A stretch of DNA of 64,000 bases, taken from contig NC_043001.1 in assembly GCF_006345805.1 (NCBI RefSeq), forward strand, positions 101,990,001 to 102,054,000, given 5' to 3'. Positions 11,421-24,579 of this stretch are shown here, in pieces; the first letter of the stretch is position 1; every line of letters starts with the position of its first letter. The position numbers were made by a program, and so were the translations under genes. The notes beneath the pieces are model-generated. The model did no database searches. It saw only the letters and a program-made list of their open reading frames with translations, and had not been told where the DNA came from. Source of the DNA: Octopus sinensis (Eukaryota).

Positions 11421-12447
11421 AATGATTGTTCGCATTTAAATTAATTCTTTTTTTTTCATTCTACTTAATTTGCCCTCATTCAATGCATCGTGTTTCTATT
11501 TTTTACATTTCGTGTGTTTTACAGATTTTTAAAGATTCCTTGTATTTTTTTAAGAAATGACCTGATTGAAATAAATTGAGACTAAATTGAGTTCTTTCAT
11601 TACTAAGCAAAATGATTTTCTTAAATGTGTCATTTTATTGATTTTGTATAAAAAAAATATAACTAGATGCATTCAAATGGATAAATCTCATAGTTAAAAT
11701 TTTACATGGCATTTATCTGTCCACCATGCACTCATTAATATGCTGTCCAGGTCTGCAGATGTAAACAGGTGAATGACTCCTATGTACAACTATACTATAT
11801 GCACAATCAGAAGTGCTGCGTTCGATACATATAACCTCTTTCCAGTTGCAAGAATGAATTGCTATGAAGTCACATGATCTGACCAATTTAACAGACAACA
11901 AACTCCCTCAGTAAGCTCCCTAAGAAGTTAAGTTATTTGACTCACTAAAAATTGCCAAATCTTCCTCAAATCATAACCTACTTCTATTTTCAAAAACGAA
12001 GTACAAATTTGATGATGTGGGTATCATATACACTCTGTCTGATTAAAAGATAGGATGATCACACCTGAAACATTTTTTATCAGACTCACCCAAAGTAACA
12101 GCAAGAGCTAAGTCACTATTATATTTAAAATGGAGGCATAGACCTATGTTTTGAATATCAGGATGACTCCGTGGCCATAACTAGATACATCAAGGGGAAA
12201 ATTTCCATGCTAATAAAAATTACTCAACGACAATTTGCATGCAATTACACACCACACACACACACACACATGGAAGCACACATACACCCAAACACAGACA
12301 TATTTCTTGCTTGTCCTTTAGTTTTAAATATTCTTATATATTTTCTGTTTAACATATTCTGTTGTGTACCTCTTAGTCATTGAATGGCATCTTCTAAAAG
12401 CAATTTAATCCATTCACTAATGTAATAGGTTAATTTATGACAGGAAG

Positions 12448-12482
<35 letters not shown>

Positions 12483-13844
12483 ACACACACACATCAGCTG
12501 CATTTCTTTATGTCCAGATATATGTTCTGAGAAGCTGTGTATAAATAACCTGCAACAATGCAATCTACTTGTTACAGTTACAACACACTGATGACATATT
12601 AGAGACCAGAGCTGTTTCATCACTTGAATATATGAATCTCTTCATTCATCCCCGATGAACACCTCTGTGACCTCTGAGTATCTATTCTGGAAACATCCTA
12701 ACTGTTGATCTAGTTCCAAAAGCTCCTGTTTCCATCACTGGTCCTAACAGTGAGTCATTGCCTTGTTCACCAAGATATATGTGCACATTCTCTAGAAATC
12801 AGTAAAATGTAGTTGAAAGTGATTTATTACCCTCCCACATCTGAAACTAAAGTGAGAGCCCTTGGTAAATTAAAAAGTTCTGAATAAATATTTATTTAAT
12901 AGATCCAGATACAAAATATTACTTGTGAAATTCTTTTCGGTGTGTTACCAATTCCTGATTTCTCATACAATGTAGATTTTGAAATAAATTTACTCTTGTG
13001 AAATTATGCACTGGAAATTGCATCAGAGTTTCTTACCACTTAGCAATGTGAACTGTTTTTGTCAGCATAAAATTTAGGCAGGGACAACTTGTGAGCTAGA
13101 TTTAAAGATAATAATCTTGCATGCTAAGAATTGTCTCATCATTTGTCCCCTTCTAACATCTTTGAGTTTTCTAAAGCAAAACAGAACTTGATTTCTCATT
13201 TAGATGCTAGATTGGAGTTCCACTAAATTTAAAACATAATCTGGCACATCTTTGATGTTCTGGTATTTAAAGCGTTATAGCTATCAGCTTAATTAATACA
13301 CTTCAAAGAATGTTGCTTAGTGTAATCCCATGCACATCAAGGAATTTATAAAATTAAAAATGCTAAATTCTCTTGGTTCTAATCAAGCTTTTGTCTCATT
13401 TATAATTCTCCAATTTTTCACCAAAGTCTGTTAAGTTGGTTCACAGCCAGAATAAAGCTGATGCATCAATCTTTCTGGAATTAGTTCATAACACTGAACA
13501 ATTTTAATACTACAATGTATTCACTTCTTAGAGTTTTTTCATGGATATATTTGCGATTTTTGGCTTCGTTCTCTAATAATATCTACAGGGGTGGGGGTAC
13601 ACCTGCAATCACCTACACCTGTTGCAAGATTACTTTCTACACATGTGACTTTTTTTTATAATTTTCAGTATTATCATTTTTCTATTATTATTTAAAAGAA
13701 ATATGCTCTGTTTAAAAGCATCCAAAAGTGTGTCTTATATCGGAAGATTGAATTTTTCTGTAAGAGAATAAAAGAAAGAAAAACACAGAGCCCAAGGGAA
13801 CAAGCAGAGGTGCTGATTAAAATTTTTATAAGATTTGTGAAATA

Positions 13845-13972
13845 AAATGAGCTCCTGAGCAGCGTTGGGTGACACGAGATGAGCTCAAGAGCTGCATTGG
13901 GTGACATGATATGAGCTTTTGAGCAGCATATGGTGGATTGAGATGAGCTCAAGAGCTGCATTGAGTAACAGA
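13845..13972. repeat. 4 x 32-bp tandem repeat with A/B alternation
   Basis: Units start at 13845, 13877, 13909 and 13941; consensus ARATGAGCTC..GAGCWGCATTGGGTGACAYG. Confidence 0.85.
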
Positions 13973-14434
13973 CTTTCAAACTGAAATTTTTCGCTTGATT
14001 CTACATTGCCTTCATGCTTCTTTGTGTTGTTTATAATCTCCATAGAATAATTCAAATAATGAATACCATACCAATGTGCCAATCATTTGAGCGATGCAAG
14101 TGTAGTTTCTCATTTCCTATGAGGTGAGATGTTGATCATAAGCCATGTTTTTAGATCTGCTATCCTCATACCAGGCAAAAGCTTCCTGAAAATTCTTTCA
14201 TTCTGTAACTACTGCAATGGTCATTTTTGAGACTCTATGCTAAAAGATGGCCTTTGTTTTTTCCCGATTTTTATAGAATTTTACTTTGTTTAATGTTATT
14301 GTTTCCGAGACTTAAAATAACGATGTTTAATCATGTTATGCCAATGAAGTTTATCTGAAACCCCAACGAATACTTGAATATAAATTGAAATTACAGAAGA
14401 TATATTAACTACAAATTATTGCTGGAAATATAGA

Positions 14435-14610
14435 TGCAGGTGTGGGGTGGTGTAGTAAGGTGTTCGCTTCCCAACCACATGGTTCTGGGTTCAGTTCTAC
14501 AGTGTAGCACCTTGAGTAAGTGTTTTCTACTATAGCCACAGGTTGACCAAAGCCTTGTGTGTGGATATGATTGATGGAAACTGACAGGAAGTCGTCATGT
14601 GTACACCTGT
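14435..14610 (+). mobile_element. tRNA-derived SINE (CORE-like domain)
   Basis: tRNA-like head, GCACCTTGAGTAAGTG..CCAAAGCCTTGTG..GGAAACTGA. Further copies near 26925, 31705, 47255, 55970 and 63230. Confidence 0.7.
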
Positions 14611-16213
14611 ATAATGCACAGACAGTCAGACAGATAGATAGATACTGGGATCGTTTCATTTCACTAGGAATTCTTCAAGATAGTGCACCAGCAGTGCAAT
14701 AGTCTAATGACTGAAAGAAGTAAAAAATAAAGAAGAAAAAAAGAAATGTTAAAAGAATGTTCAAGCTGGTGTCAAATTCTTCAGCCAAATTTCCAAATTA
14801 TTCTATAGCATAAATTCACATTTCACTCTTTGGCTTCGAGCTTGGTGCCAACCATTTTGAAGCGATACCACTTTGATTGCTAATTTTAGAGTTCACTTTT
14901 GTTATGTTGTTTTGGCCAAACACTGACTACTAGCTTCTGGAGTAAATTTTTCAAATAACAGTATGTGAACAACTATTCTCTCTCTCTCTCTCCGGTGCAG
15001 AATGGTGCTTATTGCGTGCCACCAGCACAAGAGCTGGTCAGGCAGCACAAGTTATTAAATGCAAGAAAGGGCGTTACTTCTGCCACACCCTGTATATTTA
15101 TCATTGTTTGTATAGCTGCATGCCAATGTTATTGGTGTTCCTCCTAAAGTCTCTCCTGATCCAGAAAACTAATACAAAAAACAAGTTTGAGTTTCACTCA
15201 TCTCGTCTTTTTTACATTCATTCAGTTTGATTACTTTCGTAGCAAGGCTCTTTGAGTTGTTCTTCAGTGCATCTCCAACAGGCAACAATCAAAGCTACAC
15301 CAAATGCAACTATCATTCATATTTATTTGTATAAAGTAGGTTGTGTGTACTTCTACAAAAGAAATATGTAAATATCATAAAGAAGCCACTTTAATTCACG
15401 TCACTCAGCCTCCATCTCTTTCATCGACAATTTGAAAATCTACAAGCACACACCAGTATTACTGTTAAGTGTTGTTCATATTCATTTAAGAATACGGAAC
15501 CAGGATACTGGATACATTTTCAAGAATCTATATACATATATGTGTGTGTGTATGTGTGTGCGCACACACACACACATACACATATACATGCATATATATA
15601 CACACACACACATGCACACACACACACATGCACACACAACAAGCACATACACATACACACTTATGCACTGACATGCACACTATCTCACACATATATGCAC
15701 ACATACACACACGAAAATGTGACCCTTTAGAGATAGCAATAGGCTATGTAGACTCATTACATAGCTGTGTTGTTCAGAACCTCATTTCACAAAACCCACG
15801 GTTCCAGGACCTCATCTTCTCTTATAGTTTCGGATAGTCTGATGCCTTCTGAATGGAATTAATCAGATGTAAAGTAACCTCAGAGCATTTCAAGGAGATT
15901 TTCTGTTTCATGTGATGTCAGGTGTCATTCATCATTCATCGGAAGCAAACTTGGATATTTGTCAACTGATCCAGATAAATTCTGTTCTTTCTATTCAAAA
16001 TGGTTTTGAATTGTGAAAAATAGGCAATTTCTCTCAAGACAGGAGTCATGCATTTAGATAAATCCCTAAAACGCTGTTATATTGGCTATGAAATCCCAAA
16101 TAATGCTGTTGGTCTATTCTCTACTTCACAATCTCCATATATTCTTTGGTAAGTGAATGAAGTGTTCTGGCATTATCAACAGCTTGGTACTTGGATACCA
16201 TGAAGAAACCAGT

Positions 16214-16943
16214 TTAACCCTTTCGTTACTGTATTTCTGTTGAGATGCTCTGTGTTACTTTCAGTTAATTCTAAATATAACAAAGAATTTAGTAATATAA
16301 CTTAGTTATCATTAAGCTAGTGTTAGGAACATAAATTGTGACTAAGGTTTGGTGGAAGATTTTAATTCGAAACTTATGAAAACAAGACATTTGTACTCAG
16401 AGCCAGTTTCAGCCAGGTTGGTATCAAAAGGATTAAGAATTGTTTCTCTGTTATATATTTTAACCCTTTCGTTACCATATTTCTGTTGAGATATTCCGGG
16501 TTTCTGTCAATTACTTTAAATATAACAAAGAATTTAGTAATATAACTTAGTTATCATTAAGCTAGTGTTAGGAACATAAATTGTGACTAAGGTTTGGTGG
16601 AAGATTTTAATTCGAAACTTATGAAAACAAGACATTTGTACTCAGAGCCAGTTTCAGCCAGGTTGGTATCAAAAGGATTAAGAATTGTTTCTCTGTTATA
16701 TATTTTAACCCTTTCGTTACCATATTTCTGTTGAGATATTCCGTGTTTCTTTCAATTACTTTAAATATAACAAAGAATTTAGTAAAATAACTTAGTTATC
16801 ATTAAGCTAGTGTTAGGAACATAAATTGTGACTAAGGTTTGGTGGAAGATTTTAATTCAAAACTTATGAAAACAAGACATTTGTAGACATTTGTACTACA
16901 GAGCCAGAGGCAGTTTCAGCTGGGTTGGTAACAAAAGAGTTAA
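16214..16943. mobile_element. Three tandem TTAA-flanked (piggyBac-like) MITEs, ~245-bp period
   Basis: Each unit runs TTAACCCTTTCGTTAC...GGTAWCAAAAG..TTAA; TTAA at 16214, 16460 and 16705; identical 23-bp spacers. Confidence 0.8.
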
Positions 16944-17608
16944 TTCACAAATCTCTCTTGTTCTTAAAAATTATTTGAATGTTTAGTTACAAGCACAACT
17001 GTTGCATAAAATGGATTGCTTCATCTAGATGGTTGGTTGGTTCTGTAGAAGTTGCTGGTAACCCCTCTTTTTTAGAAGACCTAATTACCAATGGAGGTGG
17101 GTACTCTAGAAATATAGTAGGCAGAAAAAGGAAAGTCCCAGGAGTTATAATTCCAGTTAACAGCAAAAGGATTCACTCTCCATATGAAGCATAGAAAGCA
17201 TGAGAATGGTGCCTCATGCATGGCACCAAAGCACTGAATGCAGATGATGCACAAAGGCAGGAAAGAAATAAGGTGTGTATGTGATGCAAGATTTGTAATA
17301 TCTATGAGAATGAAGAATAGAGACAAGCCAAGAGAATAACTGGGTTTAAGGGAAATTGGCCGTAAACAAGAGGACTGTGTAGGTACAAAGAAAGAATACT
17401 TGTAAAGGACTCGAGCTGAGTAAAGGCAATGCCAAGCAATCTAAGTGAAAGGATTGGCAGAAAAGAAAAACAAAGGAGGAATTGGTGATAACCGATCTGA
17501 GAAAGCTGATCCGTACAAAGATAAAAAGAAGCCACAAAGTGCAAAATGCAGCGTTGGAAGAGAGACACTGAACCAGGCAAGCATGAAAAGAGTTTCCATA
17601 AAGTGATG

Positions 17609-17646
<38 letters not shown>

Positions 17647-19069
17647 TACTTACATATAAACGTACACATGTTCATACGTGTGTGTGTATGTATGTATGTA
17701 TGTGTGTGTATATATGTATGTATGTATGTTTGTATGTATGCATGCATGTATGTATATAGCATACATGCTTCTCCGTGTAGCTGTATAGATGTATATCTGA
17801 CATTCTGCCAAGGCATAAACATATAATAACTGCCCAGCATGTAAATGATGTATTTGTCATATATAGATCAATGAAAGAGTGAGGAAAGACCTGGGAAATT
17901 TCTGTCTTATATCAAAATATGTGAATAACTTAAGGAAAATCATAGCAACACAACTTTATTTCTGAATGGAAATACACGGATAATGAAGAACAGATATGTT
18001 ATGTCCATTCGAAGTGAAACACTAACAAATGTCTTTTAATACACAGAAACGTTGACTCTCCGCACAGATATAAAATGGCAGCAGTAAAACCTGAAACTCA
18101 AAGAAGCATTTAGATTCTCTGCCACAAACAAAGCATCACGTAATCAGCAAAATAAAAACAAATATTGAGTAATAAGGAGTATGGAAGTAAGTTGGTAGAC
18201 CATATTATAGAACATTATAGGAACAAATTCAAACATAATAAATACAACACCTGGTAAAACAAACAAACCAGACATAAAATATATGACACGAATCAAGAGC
18301 ATCCGAGCGAATACAAATTTGTGTTTCATTTTTAAGCTTTCATGGTATTTTATATCAGATAATTGTGTTGTCAGCAAAGGTTCTTCTGCCTAATTTTATT
18401 CTATGTTTTATGATATATTCCAACTGCTTGTTGCTGTAAATGCATGTTGAGGCCGTGATAACATGATATACTTGTAACTGTTGCCGCCATGCAGCTTGCA
18501 ACTTCCATGTTTCCATGAAATTTCGTTGAAGCATTGATCATCTGAGGTTTGTTCCGTAGTTCACAGGTTTGTGGTTTATGGCTGATAAGGAGGTCATAAA
18601 TTTGGGTGTTTTTATAATATTCTGGAAGAAATACCATGAAGCCATTCATAAACACACGCACACACACACACACACACACACACCAACTTCTCCACAGATG
18701 CATTTCACAGAGAGGGTACCCCATTTTGATTTATTTGTTTCTTCTTTTTACGTCCTCTTTATTTTGTTCTCTGACCTGCCACTGACCATTATTCCCAGTT
18801 GTCTCTCTCTTCCAGGAACATCAGCATTCTCAGATCAAAAACAAACCATTTGAAAGAGCACAACCTGCATTATATCTAATCCATAAACTCACACACACAC
18901 ACACAGACACATGTACACACACATACACACACACACTCAGACACTGATTAACCCTTGTTTTTTTCCCCACTTTTATCTTTTTAGAGTATCAAAGCCTCCA
19001 TCTTTGTAAATCTCTGAATGGGTAGTCAAAGGCCATAGTTGAACCAGTGGTCAGGTTTTAGTTGTGTTA

Positions 19070-19302
19070 AGGTGGCAAGCTGGCAGAAACGTTTGCATGC
19101 CAGGCGAAATGTGTAGCCATATTTCGTCTGCCGTTACTTTCTGAGTTCAAATTCCACCGATGTCGACTTTGCCTTTCATCCTTTCGGGGTCGATAAATTA
19201 AGTACCAGTTACGCACTGGGATCGATGTAATCGACTTAATCTCTTTGTCTGTCCTTGTTTGTCCCCTCTGTGTTTAGCCCCTTGTGGGTAGTAAAGAAAT
19301 AG
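19070..19302 (+). mobile_element. tRNA-derived SINE with conserved central domain (Meta-like)
   Basis: tRNA-like head, then GTCGACTTTGCCTTTCATCCTTTCGGGGTCGATAAATTAAGTACCAG. Copies near 35483, 40160-40555, 49250, 49745, 51580 and 51945. Confidence 0.75.
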
Positions 19303-20880
19303 GTTTTAGTTGTGTATAGGGGGACTTAGAAACTGCTAATTACAAACAGAAATTCGAGTGAATTCTAAGGTGCATGCGTTAAAAAACAACAAAGAATGAC
19401 TCTACCAAAATGAATAACAAGCAGTTTAACTAACAAGATCAAAATTCATGCCAAATCAATAGCCATGCAAATGGAATTTCATTCAATTCCATACATGCGA
19501 CTATATTCCAGGAATGGTATGAAAACATATCTGAATTTTAGTTTAAAGTACCGTGAAGCTCTGGTTTATCAATTTTTTTAGCTAATGTTCACATCTTGCA
19601 CCGATATACATCAGTGGAAGACACATACACACATTTAAATGACTGGAAACGGTTTTATTAAAATGAAACTTCTTAAAGAATTGAAATAATGATAAGATAG
19701 ATTCTATAAACAGACAACTGTATGAAAAATTTTTGAAGGAGTGAAAGGCAATATTAAAAAGCTTAAAAACTGTTGCATACCATTTCCAGAGAATGAAGGA
19801 TAAAATCTATTAATAAAATGAAAAAGGTGAGATTGAAAAATAAATAGCTGTTGCTATGAGTTACCATGGAAATAAAAGATCAGCAGATTGAAATGAAAGT
19901 TTCAGGAGAGAGAGAGAAAGCTCATTACAAGTTGAAAGCAAATAATTTTTGTTTCCCCGTAAAAAAAGGGAAATGTTATATGCTGGTAAATTTAGGAAAT
20001 TTGTAACTAATAGCAAATTAAATTATTTAGTTATGAATTATGGTGAAATAAAGGGGACAAATATGAACTCAATTAACGAATGTTACATAAGAGTAAATGT
20101 CTTTAAATGAGCCTGGGTTAATGGTCAAGTGTTTGTAAACAAATTTAAGAACATGGAAAAATTGCATGGATATATGGGAACTAAGAATAACGTTAAATAA
20201 TAATAACTCAAATACTAAGAGAGAATGGTGAGGTAAAATTTGAAGTGTTGTTTTGGAAATTAATAATATATGAAGTTAGATGGTTTATAATATTCTCTTC
20301 TTCAACTACTTATCAAACCAAGGAGTTTGGTAAAGGAAGCAATTGACTAAAGTAAAAATCTAAAGTAAATATTAATCAATGTTGATAAGGGGACAAACAC
20401 TCACATTTAAAATAATCCAAGGCAAATGAAACAAGAAAGGACGTAAAATTTCAATGAAGATAGTATAATGGAACTGGTTAATTCTTTACACTGTTTGGGT
20501 GCAAACCGATTTCCTTTCTTTAATTTCCAGTAACTACCAGTCAGGAACAAAAACGCAACCGTAAAAATATATATACTCTTTATTTCTTATTTGCAAAAGA
20601 AGTACGTTGGTATATTGGTATCCACTTGGTTCGATATAGCAAGGCTAAATTTTAACATTTGTAAGATTTTTGCAACAAATTCAGCAGCAACAGAGCAGGT
20701 CAAATTCTAAGCGTCTGGGACAGGAGAATAGGCTGATCACACGTTTAACACGTCCTTTCTCTTCAATAGCCGTGTCTCAAGTCAACGACGCTAACAAGGA
20801 ACGAGATAGAATTTTCTTCCCCAGTCTCTAGCGCATGTGCATGAGGGAACTTCCTTAGGCCTTTCCAGAAGGTTCCAGCC

Positions 20881-20992
20881 CCGCACACGCACACTGAAGA
20901 ATGACGTTCCGCACACGCGCACTGAAGAATGACGTTCCGCACACGCGCACTGAAGAATGACGTTGCGTGTGCGCACACTGGAAAATAACGTC
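20881..20992. repeat. 28-bp tandem repeat (3 copies plus 1 degenerate)
   Basis: CCGCACACGCRCACTGAAGAATGACGTT at 20881, 20909 and 20937. Confidence 0.9.
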
Positions 20993-21054
20993 ACTACAAT
21001 GGTAATGTGTCTCATTCTGTAACATAAAAACCAAATTCCTGTGAATTGAAGATT

Positions 21055-21330
21055 GTCACTATTGAGATAACTGCCTTTGCTCTCTGAAAAATTCTAATAA
21101 ATATAGACCAGATTTAATTTGGTAATTTAAAAAAGACTTTATGTATTTTATTTTTGTATTTAGAACGTTGTTTTACCAATTACAATAGAGACTAACCCAG
21201 CCAATACTAACTTTCTAGATGTTGTGTTAAATCTAACCAACTTACGTTGATATCCATACCATTACCCAAATGAATCATTCATAATCATTGTAATTGCCTT
21301 AGAGATGTTATTAATAATTTAGTCAAAGAA
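21055..21330 (+). pseudogene. Penelope-like RT relic
   Basis: Y*DNCL (decayed YRDDGL) at 21060; ITIETNPANTNFLDVVLNL..YPYHYPNE resembles the PLE motif ITIE.N...VNFLDVTLNL...PY.KPN. Confidence 0.6.
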
Positions 21331-22275
21331 TTTCTATGTATTTTGTACTTTATTGTGCTACATGCTTTCCAGGACAAAACAATTCAAATGTTTAGTTGGT
21401 ATTGGAGATTTGGCACAGAGAATTTCAAAGCTTTCAGATGTGCAGAGTTCCCATAGTTTTTGGTTATAATGGCTGTGGACAAAACGTTCTAAAAATAACA
21501 AAATCTTTTAGCTCTACAAATATTAATTTCATATTTCCCAAATTCAATAGTATATAATGATTTCTATTACTGAGTAACACACGTTATTCCCCTTCAACAT
21601 ACTCTCCAATTTTTTAAACTCCCATCTTCCAATTCTTTATTCCTCTAATTATTTTATTGTAATAGCTATTAATTTCATATTTCCAAAATTCAACAGTCAT
21701 CATCATCATCATCGTTTAACGTCCATTTTCCATGCTGGCATGGGCTGGACAGTTCAATTGGGGTCTGGAAATTCAGGTGGCTGTACCAGACACCAGTCTG
21801 ATCTGGCAATGCCCTTCCTAATGCCAACCACTCTGAGAGTGTAGTGGGTGCTTTTTACATGCCACTGGCACAGGCCAGGGGGGCTAGCATCAACCATGAT
21901 CGGATGGTGCTTTTTATGTGCCACCAGCATAGGAGCCAGTCAAGGTGGTGCTGGCATCAGCCATGTTCAGATGGTGCTTTTTATGTGCCACCAACCAAGA
22001 ACCACAATTATAATTCCATTTGATTGTGATTGTGGTTTAATTTGATGTTGATGTACTCGACTCAATAGGTCTCCTCAAGCATGGCATGTTGCCCTACAAC
22101 CCAAGGGTACTTTATGAGTTGGCTGCTCTCCAATCTTTTTAACTCCCATCAGCCAATTTTTTATTCCTATGATTATTTTATTGTAATAGCTATTTTTCAC
22201 CCAACTTTTTTTTTATATATACAGATTCAGGTTCATTCCCTCACTGCATCCCATTTATTTCACTGAAACTATATA

Positions 22276-22492
22276 CAAGGTGTTCAAAAAGTCTCTCTGC
22301 TGTAAATTTTTTCATCCTGACTCTCCAAGATGTATTTCAAAATGTGTGTAGAAGATTCAACTTATGTACTGAAAATGAAGGACGACACTTTCAATTCCTC
22401 TTATAAAGTTTTTTAAAGTCTTGTAAAGTCTAATATATTCTTTTGCAGTTATATACCATCTTATTTTGTGGAGAGACTTTTTGAACACCCTG
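22276..22492 (+). mobile_element. Tc1/mariner MITE
   Basis: TIRs CAAGGTGTTCAAAAAGTCTCT / AGAGACTTTTTGAACACCCTG (20/21), TA on both sides, internal transposase C-terminus FQNVCRRFNLCTENEGRHFQFLL*. Confidence 0.85.
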
Positions 22493-22767
22493 TATATGTG
22501 ATTTGGTAAATTCTGAAATGAATGGCCCTGGTTTGCTCATATATTTTCTTATATGTCTTGAAGATGGTTTTTGGGGAATCTTGCTATTTGATACGACATC
22601 AGCCTCTCCAAGTATTCACAGACATAGATCATCAATAGTTCATAGCTATAATTGTGTTACAAGGAAGATGGTGACTTCATTTTTGTTGGTTCCACCTACT
22701 CTGTAAAGTGGTTGGTGCTAGGAAGGCCATCCAGCCATAGAAACTACATCAAAACATATATTGAAGC

Positions 22768-22965
22768 TTGGTGAACTCTACCTGTGCACTAAATTCCTTG
22801 CCATACTCATTGCCAACCTTTACCTTACTGACAGCATACCTGTATATGGCTTCTACAGCCCTCACCAAACCCTCATCTATACCTAGGTTCCACATTGCCC
22901 ATCAGTTAAGGGAGTTGGGACTCTGACAAGGGCATTCTCTCTGACAACAAAAGCCAGTTACAGGG
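22768..22965 (-). pseudogene. RTE RT fragment
   Basis: NLGIDEGLVRAVEAIYRYAVSKVKVGNEYGKEF on the minus strand; homologous to 54355-54705. Confidence 0.75.
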
Positions 22966-23319
22966 GTTTATTTTTGGTTAAATACTTCTTGTGAAGTTAC
23001 CTTACTAGAAATGTACAATCAGTCATGCTTCTGTCAGGCAGAAAACCAAACTGCATCTCAGCTAAGCTAACTCTCTTCCTAATTAGTTGAGCTATAACCC
23101 ACTGTCTAATTTCATTACATCATATATAAACACACACACACACACACTCCATAACACAAGCAAATACTTAAAGGTGTATTTTAGAGCAATGATGTATGTA
23201 TGAGTCTATGCATGTATGTGTGTGTATGTATGTATGTGTGTGTGTGTATGTACGTATATATGTATGTATGCATGCATGTATGTATGTATGTGTGTTTGTA
23301 TGTATGTATGTACGTATGT

Positions 23320-23890
23320 ATATCATTGTTCAGTTTTATTTCAAGATTTCTTGCCAATTGAGTATGAGCCAGTTTCTAACCTAGATCCAAGGCTCCTTCA
23401 CTGGAACTTCAAAATCAACAACAGGGTATGTATGTATGTACAGATTTGTATGTTTCGCTTTATGTATGTATTCTCATGCATATAGTTGCATATCTAGATA
23501 TGCTCATATATACTTAAATGATAAACTTCTGAATGGACTGGATCTGTAGTCTTCGAATTAGCTTTCTCCTTTCTGATTTTGAGGAACCTAATTTCTCAAG
23601 ATTGGTAATTAGGTAGAGTGTTACATATCCCAGGGCCCCAATAATTACAGGTATAAGCCTGAACTTGTAATCTTGATAGAGTAACTGCAGATTTCTCAAT
23701 AGTTCAGCATAGGTGTTCTCTTTTTCACCGATCTTCAGTTTTATGTTAACATCCGCTGGGCAGCTAATTTCCACAACTGTACACAGTTTCTCTTCTCTAC
23801 CCCAAATCATTATATCAGGTCTGTTGTGCTTACATTTTGTTGAGGCCTTCACTTGGATATTCCACCTGTATTCCTTTTCATTATGAGTGG
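23320..23890 (-). mobile_element. R4/Dong-type LINE 3' end embedded in (TGTA)n
   Basis: ORF 23514..23906: KHNRPDIMIW..VVEISCPADVNI..EKENTYAELLRNLQLLYQDYKFRLIPVIIGALG (PD-(D/E)xK-type RLE domain); (TGTA)n on both sides. Confidence 0.85.
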
Positions 23891-24579
23891 CTATGGCCTC
23901 TACCATATTGTGGGTTCTTATTTGTATGTATGTAATTATGAGTGCATGTATGTATAAATGTATGTGTTTGTGTGTGTGTATGTATCTGTGTATGTATGCA
24001 TGTGTGTATGTATGTATGTATGTATATGTCTGTGTGTATGTATGTATGCATGCATATATATGTGTGTATGTATGTATGTGTGTGTATGTATGTGTGTATT
24101 TATGTATCTATGTGTGTATGTATGTGTTTGTGTGTATATATATGTATGTGTGTATGTGTATGTATGTATGTACATATGTATGTGTTTATGTGAATGTATG
24201 TATGTATGTACATATGTATGTACGCGTTTGTGTGCATGCATTTGTATGTATGTATGTATATTATTGTATCTAAAGAATAAGTGTAACATCTCCGCAACTG
24301 AAGAATGCAGTGAAATACCATCCCTAAAAAGGCGCTTGCCATTTCCCTTGAACTGAGTTGATGACATCAGCTTCTTATGTCATCTGTGATATCATTCTCT
24401 ATCCTCACTTACCATTTTGGCAAGGTATTAATCAAAATATTCTTGCTTGAACAATTCTTGGCAACATTCAGGCAAAACCAACATGGAGCCAATGGTCCTG
24501 ACGTTTTGATTTCAAATCCAATGTAATATTTATTTTCTACTTTACCTGCTTAGGGCTCTCCTTTTTCTCATTATTGCTC

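Noticed and set aside
12600-13500. Possible pogo/Tigger relic on the minus strand (FIYSSDETAL)
   Set aside because: Only one short motif with unconvincing spacing.
17300-17530. Possible L1 C-terminal relic (GGLVITDLR after a frameshift)
   Set aside because: Single weak motif.
13845-21000. CRISPR-like repeats (32-bp and 28-bp arrays)
   Set aside because: Contiguous tandem units without unique spacers, no cas genes, eukaryotic context.
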